Below, piece after piece: positions 62,857-64,000 of a DNA stretch of 64,000 nt. The stretch's first letter is position 1. Every line of letters begins with the position of its first letter. This DNA comes from Azolla caroliniana. Lineage: Eukaryota > Plantae > Polypodiophyta. The stretch lies in the NCBI GenBank assembly GCA_043228905.1, contig JBHGNT010000022.1, positions 4,898,001 through 4,962,000 on the forward strand, written 5' to 3'. A program made the translations under genes and the position numbers. The notes beneath the pieces are model-generated. The model made no database searches. It was not told where the DNA came from and saw only the letters and a list, made by a program, of their open reading frames with translations.

Positions 62857-64000
62857 ATATATGAAAACTTTTATGTTATGAAGAGGAATGTCAAGGCTTC
62901 AAGTTGGTTGGAACGTCCTAATTCGTTGTATGTATGTGCACTAAGATAGGAGCTCATAAATGATAGAATTCGGGAGGATTAAGTATGATGAGTTTGAATC
63001 TAAGGTCTAGATTATGGGGATAGTCTTGCTCCAAATTGTACAAAATATGCTTCATGAGATTATCACACTAAGCTTCCGTTGACTACATTAGACACCATAC
63101 AAAAGCCATAAGCCACAACAAGAATAGTCCTTTCTTCTCTGAGTTAGGAAAATCGCAATGACTTATCTTCGTTCCTTACAATTCACACACGAACACACAA
63201 TCAATAACACATTATACAAACAAATATAATCACTTACTACTCGATGGAAAATTAATAATTTAAAACAATGACTAGCTTAGGGTGACCAATAAAACCATAG
63301 TGCTTATGTGTTTATAGCCCCTTGAAGTCATGGACAAAGCTAGTGCAGCATTTGTTGGTTGAGATATATATTTTAGATGTTTGCATAATAAAGTGCATAC
63401 AATTTCTCGTTAATAAGTTTGCATTTACAAATTGCAAACCAAAGACTAAAACAAATAGTATTGCCTTGGAAGAAGGTTGCAAATGTATTAATTTCTCCCT
63501 TCATTTTGGCCTCATAATTTCAATTCTTACAACCAATGATGAAACTTACAATAGCACAACCGCATTCAACCAGCATGGAGATTGATAACTTCTCCTTAAA
63601 TTTTGGCTTTACAGTTTCATTGTGACAACCAAGGATTTTAAACAATGGCACTGCCTTCTTCATTGTTTGTCCTTAAAGTTCGGCTTTACAAACTCAATTT
63701 TCACAACCCAGGGATAACTCTAAGAGAATGAGCATAGACAATTGCTCCTTTCTTTGAAAAAAGGATTGACAATAATAGCATGAATAAATTGTTTCTCGTT
63801 TTGTGGTTCTACGAATTGAACTTTTCATATTGTCAACCAAAGTATGAAAACCCAAAAGTTTCCCGTGGTAGACAATGCTAACAAAAAGGGAATTGGCCCT
63901 TGGACAAACTAATGAATTCCTAATTACAAAAGATGATTGTAGTCATTGGATATTGATTAGGAGACCAAAGGGCTAGGATTTACATTAACGTTGCATTGTT

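Noticed and set aside
61800-64000. Possible ancient Gypsy integrase remnant on the minus strand
   Set aside because: Only vague short motifs; cannot be supported without a profile search

Overview
A land-plant nuclear region, dominated by nested retrotransposons. The element mix resembles a fern or lycophyte, but the species cannot be determined from the sequence. It holds three complete Ty1/Copia elements with tRNA-iMet primer binding sites (PBS) and several truncated Copia 5' ends. There is one young non-chromovirus Ty3/Gypsy element with a tRNA-Trp PBS and 4-bp target site duplication (TSD), plus related LTRs and a gag remnant. Tcn1-like chromovirus pieces, solo LTRs and RTE-like LINE fragments are also present. 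The host content is one six-exon gene of unknown function (23635-26368, minus), a SAUR-like fragment and a U6 snRNA pseudogene. The most interesting signals are non-coding. tRNA-like Pol III A-box/B-box modules sit antisense in the U3 of two different Gypsy lineages. A U6 fragment lies next to a tandem array of tRNA-like units. The chromovirus has a Tf1-type self-priming signature. Two candidate -1 frameshift cassettes occur, one placed after the protease. An inverted copy of the host gene's 3' end could form hairpin RNA.
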